In this document: positions 9,716 to 18,967 of the stretch, piece by piece
How the letters are laid out: every line of letters begins with the position of its first letter
How positions within the stretch are numbered: position 1 is the stretch's first letter
Origin: Candidatus Limnocylindrales bacterium
GTDB lineage: Bacteria > Chloroflexota > Limnocylindria > Limnocylindrales > CSP1-4
Direction of reading: 5' to 3'
DNA: 64,000 nucleotides
Assembly (NCBI GenBank): GCA_036392215.1
Contig: DASVYJ010000091.1
Coordinates: 1,115-65,114 of the forward strand
Program-made: the position numbers and the translations under genes
Notes under the pieces: generated by a model
Database searches by the model: none
The model's input: only the letters and a program-made list of their open reading frames with translations
Told to the model about the DNA's origin: nothing

Positions 9716-10492
9716 GTGGGCACCGACAGGCCTGGCGCCGCGGGCGCGGTCGGCGACGGGCTGCCCGCCTGGCCCCAGTTCGCGGTCGTCCACCGCAGCA
9801 CGCTGCCCGAGGAGATCGCCGGCCGCCTGCTCGACCTCATCCGGGCCGAGCGCCTGCGGCCCGGCGACAAGCTGCCGGCGGAGCGCGAGCTCGCGGCCTC
9901 GATGCGGGTCAGCCGGCCGGTCCTGCGCGAGGCCCTGCGGGCGCTTGCCATCATGAAGGTCGTCGAGATCCGCCAGGGCGCCGGGACGTTCGTCACCGCC
10001 CTCGAGCCGCAGCAGCTCGTCTCGCACCTGGAGTTCGTCTTCTCGAAGGACACCGTGGCCCTGGCCCAGGTCCTGGAGACGCGGCGGGTCGTCGAACTCG
10101 GCAACGTCCGCCTCGCCGCCCAGCGCATCACGCCGGAGCAGCTCGCCGGCCTCGAGGCCATCCTGGCCGACCTGCGCGGCGCGCTCGAGGACGCCGACCG
10201 GTTCAGCAGTCTGGATATCGCCTTCCACGACGCGGTCTGCGACGCCGCGGACAACTTCCTGCTCGGCCAGTTCATGCGGATCATCGACACGATGGCCAAG
10301 GTGAGCCGCGAGCGGACGGGCGGGGCCCGCTCGTTCCGGGCGCGTGCCCTGGCCGACCACGGGCCGATCGTGGAGGCCCTCCGCCGGCACGACCAGGAGG
10401 CGGCCGTCGGGGCCATGCGGGCCCACCTGGACCACGTCGAGGCAGCTCTCGCCGGCGCGGCCCGGGACGCGGCTGGGGAGGCGGGCCGGTGA
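9716..10492 (+). CDS. GntR-family transcriptional regulator (FadR/FCD subfamily)
   Basis: wHTH region (LPEEIAGRLLDLIRAERLRPGDKLPAERELAASMRVSRPVLREAL) followed by an FCD C-terminal domain. Start tentatively GTG at 9716; the start codon is uncertain. Confidence 0.7.
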   Translation: MGTDRPGAAGAVGDGLPAWPQFAVVHRSTLPEEIAGRLLDLIRAERLRPGDKLPAERELAASMRVSRPVLREALRALAIMKVVEIRQGAGTFVTALEPQQLVSHLEFVFSKDTVALAQVLETRRVVELGNVRLAAQRITPEQLAGLEAILADLRGALEDADRFSSLDIAFHDAVCDAADNFLLGQFMRIIDTMAKVSRERTGGARSFRARALADHGPIVEALRRHDQEAAVGAMRAHLDHVEAALAGAARDAAGEAGR

Positions 10493-10938
10493 ACGTGCGC
10501 GGCAGCCACCGCTTCGCTGCGCCCCGAGCCGGCGTCTTCGACGCGATCCGTGATCCCCGGACGCTGCTCGCCGTCATCCCCGGCTGCCAGGCGGTCGAGG
10601 AGATCGGGCCGGGCGAGTACGAGGGCCGGATCGCGCTGCGCCTGCCGGGCGCCGCGGGGAGCTACCGGACACACGTCCGCCTCGTCGACGTCGAGCCGCC
10701 CGAACGGGCGGGACTGGAGGGCGAGGTCGAGGGGGCGATGGGCTCGATCGCCGGTCGCGCGGACCTCGTCCTGCGGGAGGCGCATGGCGGGACCGTCATG
10801 GACTACGAAGGCCGGGCCACGATCCAGGGTCCGCTCGCCCGGCTCGACTCGCGCTTCGCCGAACGACTCGCCGGCTCGCTCATCGACCAGGGCCTCGAGG
10901 CCCTCGCATCCCGTCTCGCCACGGAGGGTGCCACGTGA
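10489..10938 (+). CDS. CoxG-family SRPBCC protein (carbon-monoxide dehydrogenase subunit G-like)
   Basis: GTG start overlaps the GntR stop. 149 aa with the CoxG pattern, and located immediately upstream of Mo-hydroxylase subunits. Confidence 0.7.
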   Translation: MNVRGSHRFAAPRAGVFDAIRDPRTLLAVIPGCQAVEEIGPGEYEGRIALRLPGAAGSYRTHVRLVDVEPPERAGLEGEVEGAMGSIAGRADLVLREAHGGTVMDYEGRATIQGPLARLDSRFAERLAGSLIDQGLEALASRLATEGAT

Positions 10939-11786
10939 CCGTCACCGACTACTTCCAACCACGCTCCCTGCCGGAGGCGCTCGACCTGCTCGGGACGCAC
11001 GGGCCGGAGTTGCTGGTCATGGCCGGCGGCACGGTCGCGATGCCGCTCATCAACGAGGGGATCTCGCTGCCGCGCCAGGTGCTGGGCCTCCGCCATGCCG
11101 GCCTGGATCGGCTCGAGCGGGTCGGCGACGAGCTGCGGATCGGGGCGACGGCGACGCTGAGCAGCCTCGCCGCGCAGGACGACGTCCCGCTGCTTCGCGA
11201 GGCGGCCCGCCGGACGGCGAGCTGGGCGGTCCGCAACATGGGCACCGTCGGCGGCAACCTCTTCACGCCCCCGCCGGGCGGCGACGTCGCGACCGCCCTC
11301 CTCGCCCTCGACGCTCGGGTCGTCCTCGCGGGGCGGCGCGGCGAGCGGAGCGTCCCGCTGGCCGGCTTCTTCACCGGCTTCCTGACGACCGAGCTCGGCC
11401 CCGACGAGCTGGTCGCCGAGGTGGTCGTGCCGCTCGGCGCGGCCCGGACGGCGTTCCGCAAGTTCGGCCGGAAGGCCGCCAACACGCCAGCGGTCGTGAC
11501 CGTCGCGACGGTTGCGACCCTCGACGGCGGGGTGGTCCGCGAGGTCCGGATCGCCCTCGGGGCGGCCGGCCCGCACCCGTTCCGGGCCGTCGCCGCGGAG
11601 CAGGCGATCGTCGGCCGCGCCCTCGACGACGCGGCGATCACGGCTGCCGCGGACGCCGCGGTCGAGGCCTGCGACCCGCTCACGGACGCGGTCGCGAGCG
11701 CCTGGTACCGCCGGCGGATGGTCCGCCTGTTCGTCAGGCGGGCGCTCGAGGACCTGGCTCGCCCGGCGAGCGGAAGGGAGGCCTAG
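10935..11786 (+). CDS. molybdenum hydroxylase FAD-binding subunit (CoxM/XdhB-like)
   Basis: FAD-binding PCMH motifs (MAGGT..., GTVGGNL). GTG start overlaps the upstream stop. Confidence 0.8.
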   Translation: MTVTDYFQPRSLPEALDLLGTHGPELLVMAGGTVAMPLINEGISLPRQVLGLRHAGLDRLERVGDELRIGATATLSSLAAQDDVPLLREAARRTASWAVRNMGTVGGNLFTPPPGGDVATALLALDARVVLAGRRGERSVPLAGFFTGFLTTELGPDELVAEVVVPLGAARTAFRKFGRKAANTPAVVTVATVATLDGGVVREVRIALGAAGPHPFRAVAAEQAIVGRALDDAAITAAADAAVEACDPLTDAVASAWYRRRMVRLFVRRALEDLARPASGREA

Positions 11787-11787
11787 G

Positions 11788-12285
11788 GTGGGCTCGGCGA
11801 TCGTGATCCTGGAGGTCGACGGCCGCGAGGTCGAGGTGCTGGCCAGCCCGCTGGCCACCCTCCAGGCGGTGCTGCGGACGCAGCTCGGGCGGACCGGCGT
11901 GAAGGACGGCTGCCGGCAGGGCGGCTGCGGGAGCTGCACCGTCCTCGTCGACGGCGAGCCCATGCTGTCGTGCCTGCTGCCGGTCCGCGACGTGGCCGGA
12001 CGGCGGGTGACCACGATCGAGGGGCTGGGCGCCGAGGCCGACCTGCACCCGGTCCAGGCGGCGTTCCTCGACCACAACGGCTTCCAGTGCGGCTACTGCA
12101 CGCCGGGCATGGAGCTCGTCGCCGCGGCCCTGCTGGAGCACGACCCCCGGCCGAGCCGCGAGGCGATCGGCGAGGCGCTGAGCGGCAACGTCTGCCGCTG
12201 CACCGGCTACCTGCCCATCGTCGAGGCGATCGAAGCGGCGGTCGCGCAGCCCGCCGGCCGGGAGGGAGGCAGCCCCGATGCCTGA
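11788..12285 (+). CDS. molybdenum hydroxylase (2Fe-2S) small subunit (CoxS-like)
   Basis: GTG start after GGAAGGGAGG. Contains CRQGGCGSCTV and CGYCTPGM...CRCTGY cluster motifs. Confidence 0.85.
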   Translation: MGSAIVILEVDGREVEVLASPLATLQAVLRTQLGRTGVKDGCRQGGCGSCTVLVDGEPMLSCLLPVRDVAGRRVTTIEGLGAEADLHPVQAAFLDHNGFQCGYCTPGMELVAAALLEHDPRPSREAIGEALSGNVCRCTGYLPIVEAIEAAVAQPAGREGGSPDA

Positions 12286-13621
12286 GGCGCTCCATGTCGT
12301 CGGCCACTCCGTCGGACGGGCCGACGGCCTCGGCCACGTGACAGGCCGGACGGTCTTCACCGGGGACCGCGTCTTCCCGGGGATGCTCCACCTCAAGGTC
12401 GTCCGCAGCCCGCTCCACCACGCCCGCGTCCGCGGCGTCGACCTGTCCGAGGCCGAGCGGGTGCCCGGCTTCGTCCGGGCGCTCACCCACCGCGACGTGC
12501 CCCACAACGTCTACACGATCCTCGGCCTCATCGGCGTGGAGCCGGAAGAGGAGTTCGTCCTGGCCGAGGACCGGGTCCGCTACAAGGGCGAGCCCATCGT
12601 CGCGATCCTCGCCGAGACGGAGGCGGCCGCCTACGAGGCCGTCTCGAAGGTCCGCCTGGACCTCGAGGAACTGCCCGCCGTCTTCGACGTCGAGGAGGCG
12701 CTCGCGCCGGGCGCGCCGATCGTCACCCACTGGGGGACGAACACCTTCACCTTCGAGGGCGGCAGCCCCTGCCGCCGCGTGCGCTTCGGCGACGTGAAGG
12801 CCGGCTTCGCCGCGGCCGACCACATCGTCGAGGCGGTCTACGACACGAGCCCGATCGAGCACGCCCCGACCGAGACGACCGGGGCGATCGCCGTCCCCGA
12901 GGCGAACGGCCGGTACACGGTCTACACCAACACCCAGGCGCTCTACTTCAGCCTCGACAACACCTCGATCATCCTCCAGGTCCCCGGCCGGCAGCTCCAC
13001 TTCGTGGGCGGCACCGTCGGCGGCGGTTTCGGTGGCAAGGTGGACGTCATCGTCGAGCCGCTGGCCACGCTCGCCGCGATGCGGACGGGGCGGCCGGTCC
13101 GCTACGTCTACAGCCGCTCGGAGGAGATGCAGGTCTCCTCGACCCGCAGCGCCTGGCGGATCCGGATCAGGGACGGCGTGATGGCGGACGGCCGCCTCGT
13201 CGCCCGCCAGGTCACCAGCTACGCCGACTGCGGGGCCTACAGCCGCCAGACGCCGTACGCCCTGACCAAGCACGCCGCCAACGCCTCGGGCCCGTACCGC
13301 ATCCCCAACGTCTCGATCGACGCGTACTGCGTCTACACCAACCGCACCCCGACGAGCGCGATGCGCGGCTTCGGGGTCACCATGGCCTCGTTCGCGGTGG
13401 AGGTCCAGATGGACCGCATCGCCGAGCGGCTCGGCCTGGACCCCTGGGCGGTGCGGTTCATCAACGCCTACCGCAACGGCGATCCGCGGCCGCACCGGAA
13501 GCTGGCCGAGGACGCGACACTCATCGAGACGATGCAGGCCGCGGCCGCCCTCGTCGGCCACGAGCTGCCGGCCGAGTTCCGGGCGATGACGTCGGCTCCG
13601 CGCGACGAAGGAGGGCGCTAG
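12278..13621 (+). CDS. molybdenum hydroxylase large (MoCo) subunit, N-terminal polypeptide of a split L subunit
   Basis: a/b-hammerhead and first MoCo-binding domains (GLGHVTG..., GGGFGGK). Ends DEGGR*, followed 2 nt later by the ATG of the next polypeptide. Confidence 0.8.
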   Translation: MPEALHVVGHSVGRADGLGHVTGRTVFTGDRVFPGMLHLKVVRSPLHHARVRGVDLSEAERVPGFVRALTHRDVPHNVYTILGLIGVEPEEEFVLAEDRVRYKGEPIVAILAETEAAAYEAVSKVRLDLEELPAVFDVEEALAPGAPIVTHWGTNTFTFEGGSPCRRVRFGDVKAGFAAADHIVEAVYDTSPIEHAPTETTGAIAVPEANGRYTVYTNTQALYFSLDNTSIILQVPGRQLHFVGGTVGGGFGGKVDVIVEPLATLAAMRTGRPVRYVYSRSEEMQVSSTRSAWRIRIRDGVMADGRLVARQVTSYADCGAYSRQTPYALTKHAANASGPYRIPNVSIDAYCVYTNRTPTSAMRGFGVTMASFAVEVQMDRIAERLGLDPWAVRFINAYRNGDPRPHRKLAEDATLIETMQAAAALVGHELPAEFRAMTSAPRDEGGR

Positions 13622-13623
13622 CG

Positions 13624-14652
13624 ATGGCACGGCTGCGCGGCACCGGCATCGCCGCGGTCAACTACCCGACCGGCATGAACCTGGGCGGCGATCCCTCGCA
13701 GGCCCTCGTCCACGCCTCGACGAGCGGCTCGTTCGTGGTCACCCTCTCCGCGACTGATCTCGGCCAGGGTCTCCGCACGGTCATCGCCCAGATCGCGGCG
13801 GAGACGCTCGGCGTCGCCTACGACCAGGTGTGGATCGACACGGCCGACACCGACACCGGCCCGCACGACATGGGCACCTTCGCCAGCCGGGCCACGCACC
13901 GGGTCGGCAACGCGGTGAAGGCGGCCGCCATCGAGGCCCGCGCGGCCGTCCTCCAGCTCGCCGCGGAGGAGCTCGAGGCCTCCCTCGACGACCTGGTCCT
14001 GGACGGCCAGGGCCACGTCCTCGTGGCCGGCTCGCCCGACGTGTCGCTCGACATCGCCGACCTGGCGTCGCGGGCCCAGTTCCAGTACGGCCGCACGATC
14101 TCGGGCCGGGGCGCCTTCATGAAGCCGAAGAGCCCGGTGGACCCGGAGACGGGGGCGATGGACCCCGACTCGACGGAGGCCCATGCCTGCACGGTGGCGG
14201 AGGTGGAGGTCGACACCGAGACCGGCGAGGTCGCCGTCCTGAGCATCCGCAGCGCCTACGAGGTCGGCCGCCAGGTGAACCCCGCCCTCGTCCGCGGCCA
14301 GATCGTGGGCGGCGCCTGGATGGGCATGTCCCACGCCCTGTACGAGACGACGGAGCCCTACTACCCGCAGCCGGATCACAGTCCCAAGGACTTCGCGGAG
14401 TACCTCATGCCGGGGCCCGCGGAGGTGCCCGAGATCGACTGCGTCGTCCTGGAGCTGCCGTCCTCGAACGGGCCGTACGGCGTCAAGGGCGTCGGCGAGA
14501 TGACCGCGAACTCGCCGATCCCGGCCATCGTCAACGCCATCCACGACGCCTGCGGCATCCGCATCGACCAGCTCCCTGTGACCCCGGAGCGGGTCCTGCG
14601 GGCGCTCGAGGCGAAGGCGGCGGCCGAGGCGGCGGCGGAGGCCCGGCCATGA
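13624..14652 (+). CDS. molybdenum hydroxylase large (MoCo) subunit, C-terminal polypeptide of a split L subunit
   Basis: Begins MARLRGTGIAAVNYPTG, the conserved GxGxA segment that lies mid-protein in unsplit enzymes. Carries the C-terminal dimerisation and MoCo domain motifs. Confidence 0.8.
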   Translation: MARLRGTGIAAVNYPTGMNLGGDPSQALVHASTSGSFVVTLSATDLGQGLRTVIAQIAAETLGVAYDQVWIDTADTDTGPHDMGTFASRATHRVGNAVKAAAIEARAAVLQLAAEELEASLDDLVLDGQGHVLVAGSPDVSLDIADLASRAQFQYGRTISGRGAFMKPKSPVDPETGAMDPDSTEAHACTVAEVEVDTETGEVAVLSIRSAYEVGRQVNPALVRGQIVGGAWMGMSHALYETTEPYYPQPDHSPKDFAEYLMPGPAEVPEIDCVVLELPSSNGPYGVKGVGEMTANSPIPAIVNAIHDACGIRIDQLPVTPERVLRALEAKAAAEAAAEARP

Positions 14653-15068
14653 GCCAGATCACGAGCTGGGACGAGTTCCCCACCGTCGAGTACGTGAAGG
14701 GCGTCCATCGCCAGGCGGTCTCGGGCGAGAAGGTGATGCTCACCCGGATCGTCTACCGCGGCGGCGTCGTGATCCCGGAGCACTCGCATGGGGCCGAGCA
14801 GATCATGCTCGTCGAGGCCGGCCGGCTGTGGGCCAGGGTGGGCGAGGAGGAGCGCGAGGTCGGACCGGGCAGCCTGCTCGTCATCCCCTCGGACTGGGTC
14901 CACGCGTTCCGCCAGCTGGGCGACGAGGATGTCGTCTTCTACGAGGCGTTCGCCCCGATCCGGCTCGAGTACCTGGTCGGCTTCAAGGGCCCGGACCCCT
15001 CGCTGGCGATGATGCAGCGCGCCTTCGAGGCGGCGGACGGGGCCGACGGCGCCGACGGGCAGCGCTGA
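14649..15068 (+). CDS. cupin-domain protein
   Basis: 139 aa. ATG overlaps the upstream stop. Cupin motifs (PEHSHGAEQIMLV.G, P..VHAF). Confidence 0.55.
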   Translation: MSQITSWDEFPTVEYVKGVHRQAVSGEKVMLTRIVYRGGVVIPEHSHGAEQIMLVEAGRLWARVGEEEREVGPGSLLVIPSDWVHAFRQLGDEDVVFYEAFAPIRLEYLVGFKGPDPSLAMMQRAFEAADGADGADGQR

Positions 15069-15072
15069 GGTC

Positions 15073-16173
15073 ATGGATCCCCTCGAGCTCCGTCCCGTCG
15101 AGGCCTGCCGCTGGGACCTCGTCGCCCTCGGCGAGGTCATGCTCCGCCTCGACCCGGGCGAGGGCCGCATCGCGACGACCCGCCACTTCACGGCCTGGGA
15201 GGGCGGCGGCGAGTACAACGTCGCCCGCGGTCTCGCTCGGTGCTTCGGGCTGCGCACGGCGATCGTGACCGCCTTCGCCGACAACGCCGTCGGCCGCCTC
15301 GTCGAGGACCTCGTCCGGCAGGGCGGCGTGGACCAGACGCTCGTCCGCTGGGTGCCCTACGACGGCGTGGGCCGGAGCGTCCGCAACGGCCTGAACTTCA
15401 CCGAGCGGGGGTTCGGCGTCCGGGCGGGCCTGGGCGTCTCGGACCGCGGCCACACCGCCGCCTCGCAGCTCCGTCCCGGCGAGGTGGACTGGGAGGTCGT
15501 CTTCCGCGACCTCGGGGCGCGCTGGTTCCACACCGGCGGCATCTTCGCGGGCCTGTCCCAGACGACTCCCGAGGTCGCCCGCGAGGCGATGGCCGCTGCC
15601 CGCGCCCACGGCACGCTCGTCTCGTACGACCTCAACTACCGGCCCTCTCTGTGGGCCGACGCCGGTGGGGCGGTGCGGGCCCGCGAGGTGAACCGCGAGC
15701 TCGTCAGCCTGACCGACGTGCTGCTCGGGAACGAGGAGGACTTCGCGGCCGCGCTCGGCTTCGAGGACGGCGGATCGGACGCCAGCTACGGCCGGCTCGA
15801 CCGCGACGGCTACGCTCGCCTGCTCGAGCGCGTCGCGGCGGCATACCCGGACCTGCGGGTCGTGGCGACGACCCTGCGGACGGCCCGGACCGCGACGCGC
15901 AACGACTGGGGCGCGCTGGCCTGGATCGATGGCACGCTGTACGAGGCGACGCTGCGGGAGGACCTCGAGGTCATGGATCGCGTCGGCGGGGGCGACTCGT
16001 TCGCAGCCGGCCTGATCTACGGCTTCCTGGCCGGCCTCGAACGCGCCGCGGCCGTGGAGTACGGGGCTGCCCACGGCGCGCTGGCGATGACGACGCCGGG
16101 CGACACCTCGATGGCCACCCTGGCGGAGGTGGAGCGCGTCGTCCGCGGCGGCCTCGCCCGGATGGCCCGCTAG
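15073..16173 (+). CDS. PfkB-family carbohydrate kinase, 2-dehydro-3-deoxygluconokinase-like
   Basis: Ribokinase-like fold with the C-terminal DxxGAGD-type anion-hole motif (DRVGGGDSFAAG). Genomic context with eda and gntK supports the KDG-kinase assignment. Confidence 0.7.
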   Translation: MDPLELRPVEACRWDLVALGEVMLRLDPGEGRIATTRHFTAWEGGGEYNVARGLARCFGLRTAIVTAFADNAVGRLVEDLVRQGGVDQTLVRWVPYDGVGRSVRNGLNFTERGFGVRAGLGVSDRGHTAASQLRPGEVDWEVVFRDLGARWFHTGGIFAGLSQTTPEVAREAMAAARAHGTLVSYDLNYRPSLWADAGGAVRAREVNRELVSLTDVLLGNEEDFAAALGFEDGGSDASYGRLDRDGYARLLERVAAAYPDLRVVATTLRTARTATRNDWGALAWIDGTLYEATLREDLEVMDRVGGGDSFAAGLIYGFLAGLERAAAVEYGAAHGALAMTTPGDTSMATLAEVERVVRGGLARMAR

Positions 16174-16193
16174 GCACGAGGACCCGACACCAG

Positions 16194-17126
16194 ATGGCCT
16201 ATCCCGGCATCGCGCCCGTCACCGTCCCCGACTCCTGGACGGTCTGGGCCGCCAGCGACGTCCACGGCCAGCGGGCGGCCTTCGACCGGCTCCTCGCCCA
16301 GGCCGGCCTCACCGACGGCGCCGACACCTGGATCGCCCCGCCCCGGACCGCCCTGGTCATGACCGGCGACATGGTCGACCGCGGTCCCGACTCGGTCGGC
16401 CTCGTCCGCCGCCTCGTCTCGCTCCGGGCGCAGGCGCCCGCCCGGGAGGGCCTCGTCGTCCTGCTCGAGGGCAACCACGAGGTCCAGGTGCTGGGCGGGC
16501 TCGCCGCCGAGCCCGACATCTTCCGGGCCTTCCTGACCTTCGGCGGGGCGGCCACGCTGCTCGCCGCGGGGATGACGCCGGACGAGTGGGAGGGGCGCCC
16601 GGCGGAGGAGATCGCGGCCCGCTTCGACGCCCTCGTCCCGGACCTCCGGCGGGCCATGGCCTCGTTCGCGCCGTACGCCCGCTGGGGCGACGTCCTCCTC
16701 GTCCACGGCGGCCCCGTCCCGTTCATGGACCTGGCGACGTGGGAGAGCGGCGCCGAGCGTCTCTGGATCCGCGACCGCTTCTTCGCCGCGCCGGAGCCGT
16801 TCCCCCGGGACGACGCCTGGAGGCCGTTCCGCGCCGCCGGTCTCGAGCAGGTCGTCTTCGGCCACACGCCGGTCGCCGAGCCGACGCTGGCCCATCGCGG
16901 GCGGGCGGTCAACCTCGACACGTGGCGGGGCCAGGTGGTCACCCTCGCCCAGCTCGAGCCGGGCCGCGGCCTGACCGCCGCTCGCTTCCTCGCCGAGCCG
17001 ACCGCGCCGCGGGCCATCGCCGACGCGCCGGTCACGCCGGAGGAGGTGCGGGCCATCGACGCCGCGCTGCCGCCGGTCGTCCGCGCCTGGTGGCGCTCGC
17101 TCCGGGAGGCGGACAGCCGGCCCTGA
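16194..17126 (+). CDS. metallophosphoesterase (calcineurin/ApaH-like Ser/Thr phosphatase family)
   Basis: Start MAYPGIAPV, in frame with track ORF 15240..17126. Motifs GDMVDRG and GNHE. Confidence 0.7.
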   Translation: MAYPGIAPVTVPDSWTVWAASDVHGQRAAFDRLLAQAGLTDGADTWIAPPRTALVMTGDMVDRGPDSVGLVRRLVSLRAQAPAREGLVVLLEGNHEVQVLGGLAAEPDIFRAFLTFGGAATLLAAGMTPDEWEGRPAEEIAARFDALVPDLRRAMASFAPYARWGDVLLVHGGPVPFMDLATWESGAERLWIRDRFFAAPEPFPRDDAWRPFRAAGLEQVVFGHTPVAEPTLAHRGRAVNLDTWRGQVVTLAQLEPGRGLTAARFLAEPTAPRAIADAPVTPEEVRAIDAALPPVVRAWWRSLREADSRP

Positions 17127-17173
17127 GTCGGCTCCAGCGCCATCCCCCCACCCGCGGCACGCTGCCGGCTCGG

Positions 17174-18967
17174 TCAGGCCTCGGCGATGACCCCGATGGA
17201 GACGCGGAAGCCGGCCCGCCGCTGGCCCGGCGGCATCAGCGTCCCCTGCCCGATCGGCTGGTCGCCGGGGAACCAGCGGGCCCACTCGGCGTTGAAGGCG
17301 TCGAACTCGGAGGCGTCGCGCAGTGACCAGTTCGCCCAGACGATCTTCTCGAGCGAGCTGCCCGCCGCCTCGAGCTTCGCCTTCAGGTTCGTCAGGCAGA
17401 GCCGGGTGTGGTCCTTGGTCGAGCCCGGGACGACCTTGCCCGTCTCCGGGTCGAGCGGTCCGACGGAGGAGACATAGACCATGCCGCCGGCGACCACGAC
17501 GCGGCCGGTCCCGACCGGGACGGGGGCCGCCTCCGCCCCGCCCTGGCGCGCCCCGAAGCGCGACTTCTGCGGTCGGATGGGCTTCTTGCGGTCCTCGGGC
17601 GGGATCCCGAACTCGCCCGGTGGGAGCTCCACGCCGGCGGCCCGGAACTGGCCCATGAAGGTCGGCCGGACGCCGGTCGGCCGCAGCGTGCCCTGGATCC
17701 GGCCGTCCTCGCCGACGCCGGTCTGCTCGAAGACGAAGATGTCCTGGGTCAGGATCTCGTCGTCCTCGATGCCGTAGACCTCGGTGATGTTGACCACCTT
17801 GCGGCTGCCGTCCTTGAGCCGGGCGGTGTGGACGATGAGGTCGACGGCCGAGGCCATCTGCTCGCGGATGGCCCGCAGCGGCAGCTCGTAGCCGGTCATC
17901 AGGACCATCGTCTCGAGGCGGCGGAGCATGTCCTTCGGGCTGTTGGCGTGGCCGGTCGAGAGCGAGCCATCGTGGCCGGTCGTCATGGCCTGGAGCATGT
18001 CGAGCGCTTCGCCGGCGCGGCACTCGCCGACGATGATCCGGTCGGGCCGCATGTGCAGGGCGTTCCGCAGCAGGTTGCGGATCGTGATCTCGCCCTCGCC
18101 CTCCAGGTTCGGCGGCCGCGACTCGAGGGTCACCACGTGCTCCTGGCGGAGCTGCAGCTCGGCGGCGTCCTCGATCGTCACGATGCGCTCGTCGTTGGGG
18201 ATGAACGACGAGAGGACGTTGAGGGTCGTCGTCTTGCCGGAGCCCGTCCCGCCGGAGACGAAGACGTTGAGCCGCGCCTCGATGCAGCAGCGCAGGAAGT
18301 CGAACATCTCCGGGGTCGCCGTCCCGAAGCGGATGAGGTCATCGACCGTGTACGGCTTGGCCGCGAACTTGCGGACGGTGATGACGGGGCCGACGAGCGA
18401 GAGCGGCTCGATGATGGCGTTGACACGGGACCCGTCGGGCAGCCGCGCGTCCACCCGCGGGCTCGACTCGTCGAGGCGGCGGCCCATCGGGCTGATGATC
18501 CGGTCGATCACCCGCAGGACGTGCTCCTCGTTGAGGAAGCTGCTCTCGACCCGCTGGATCTTGCCCGCCCGCTCGATGTAGATGCGGTTCGGGCCGTTGA
18601 CCATGACCTCGGTGATGGTCTCGTCGCGCAGGAGCGGCTCCAGGGGCCCGAACCCGGTGATGTCGTCGACCATCTCCTCGACGAGGCGCAGCCGCTCCTC
18701 CCGCGTGACGGGGAACGAGTTGCGGCTGATGATCGAGTCGACGATCCCCTCGATCCGCTCCCGGACATCCGTCGTGGAGCCGTCGAGGAGCGAGTCGAAG
18801 GCCCCGATGATCTCGTCCTGGAGGCGGAGGCGGACGTCGTGGAGGAGATCGGCGCGGGAAGGGACGCGGCCGGCCGGCGCCCCGCCCGCCGCCGCGGGCG
18901 TGGCGACCTTGGCAGCGGCGGCGTCGGCCGCCTGTTGGGCCCGCTCGACTCGACGGAGCAGCGACAC
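17174..18967 (-). CDS. CpaF/TadA-family secretion ATPase fused in-frame to a C-terminal RidA (YjgF/TdcF) domain
   Basis: GTG start (VSLLRRVERAQQ...) preceded by GGGGGAGG. Walker A FVSGGTGSGKTTTLNVL. Walker B / His box region GECRAGEALDMLQAMTTGHDGSLSTGHANS. The C-terminal ~125 aa (VVVAGGMVYVSSVGPLDP...AGFRVSIGVIAEA) is a RidA domain with no intervening stop. Confidence 0.8.
   Translation of the reverse strand: MSLLRRVERAQQAADAAAAKVATPAAAGGAPAGRVPSRADLLHDVRLRLQDEIIGAFDSLLDGSTTDVRERIEGIVDSIISRNSFPVTREERLRLVEEMVDDITGFGPLEPLLRDETITEVMVNGPNRIYIERAGKIQRVESSFLNEEHVLRVIDRIISPMGRRLDESSPRVDARLPDGSRVNAIIEPLSLVGPVITVRKFAAKPYTVDDLIRFGTATPEMFDFLRCCIEARLNVFVSGGTGSGKTTTLNVLSSFIPNDERIVTIEDAAELQLRQEHVVTLESRPPNLEGEGEITIRNLLRNALHMRPDRIIVGECRAGEALDMLQAMTTGHDGSLSTGHANSPKDMLRRLETMVLMTGYELPLRAIREQMASAVDLIVHTARLKDGSRKVVNITEVYGIEDDEILTQDIFVFEQTGVGEDGRIQGTLRPTGVRPTFMGQFRAAGVELPPGEFGIPPEDRKKPIRPQKSRFGARQGGAEAAPVPVGTGRVVVAGGMVYVSSVGPLDPETGKVVPGSTKDHTRLCLTNLKAKLEAAGSSLEKIVWANWSLRDASEFDAFNAEWARWFPGDQPIGQGTLMPPGQRRAGFRVSIGVIAEA

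Noticed and set aside
12278-14652. Possible pseudogene (nonsense mutation) in the Mo-hydroxylase large subunit
   Set aside because: The break is a clean TAG-CG-ATG with an immediately available start at the conserved mid-protein boundary. Both halves are otherwise intact. Split L subunits are known in this enzyme family (e.g. nicotinate dehydrogenase). Kept as two CDS, though an error cannot be excluded without reads.
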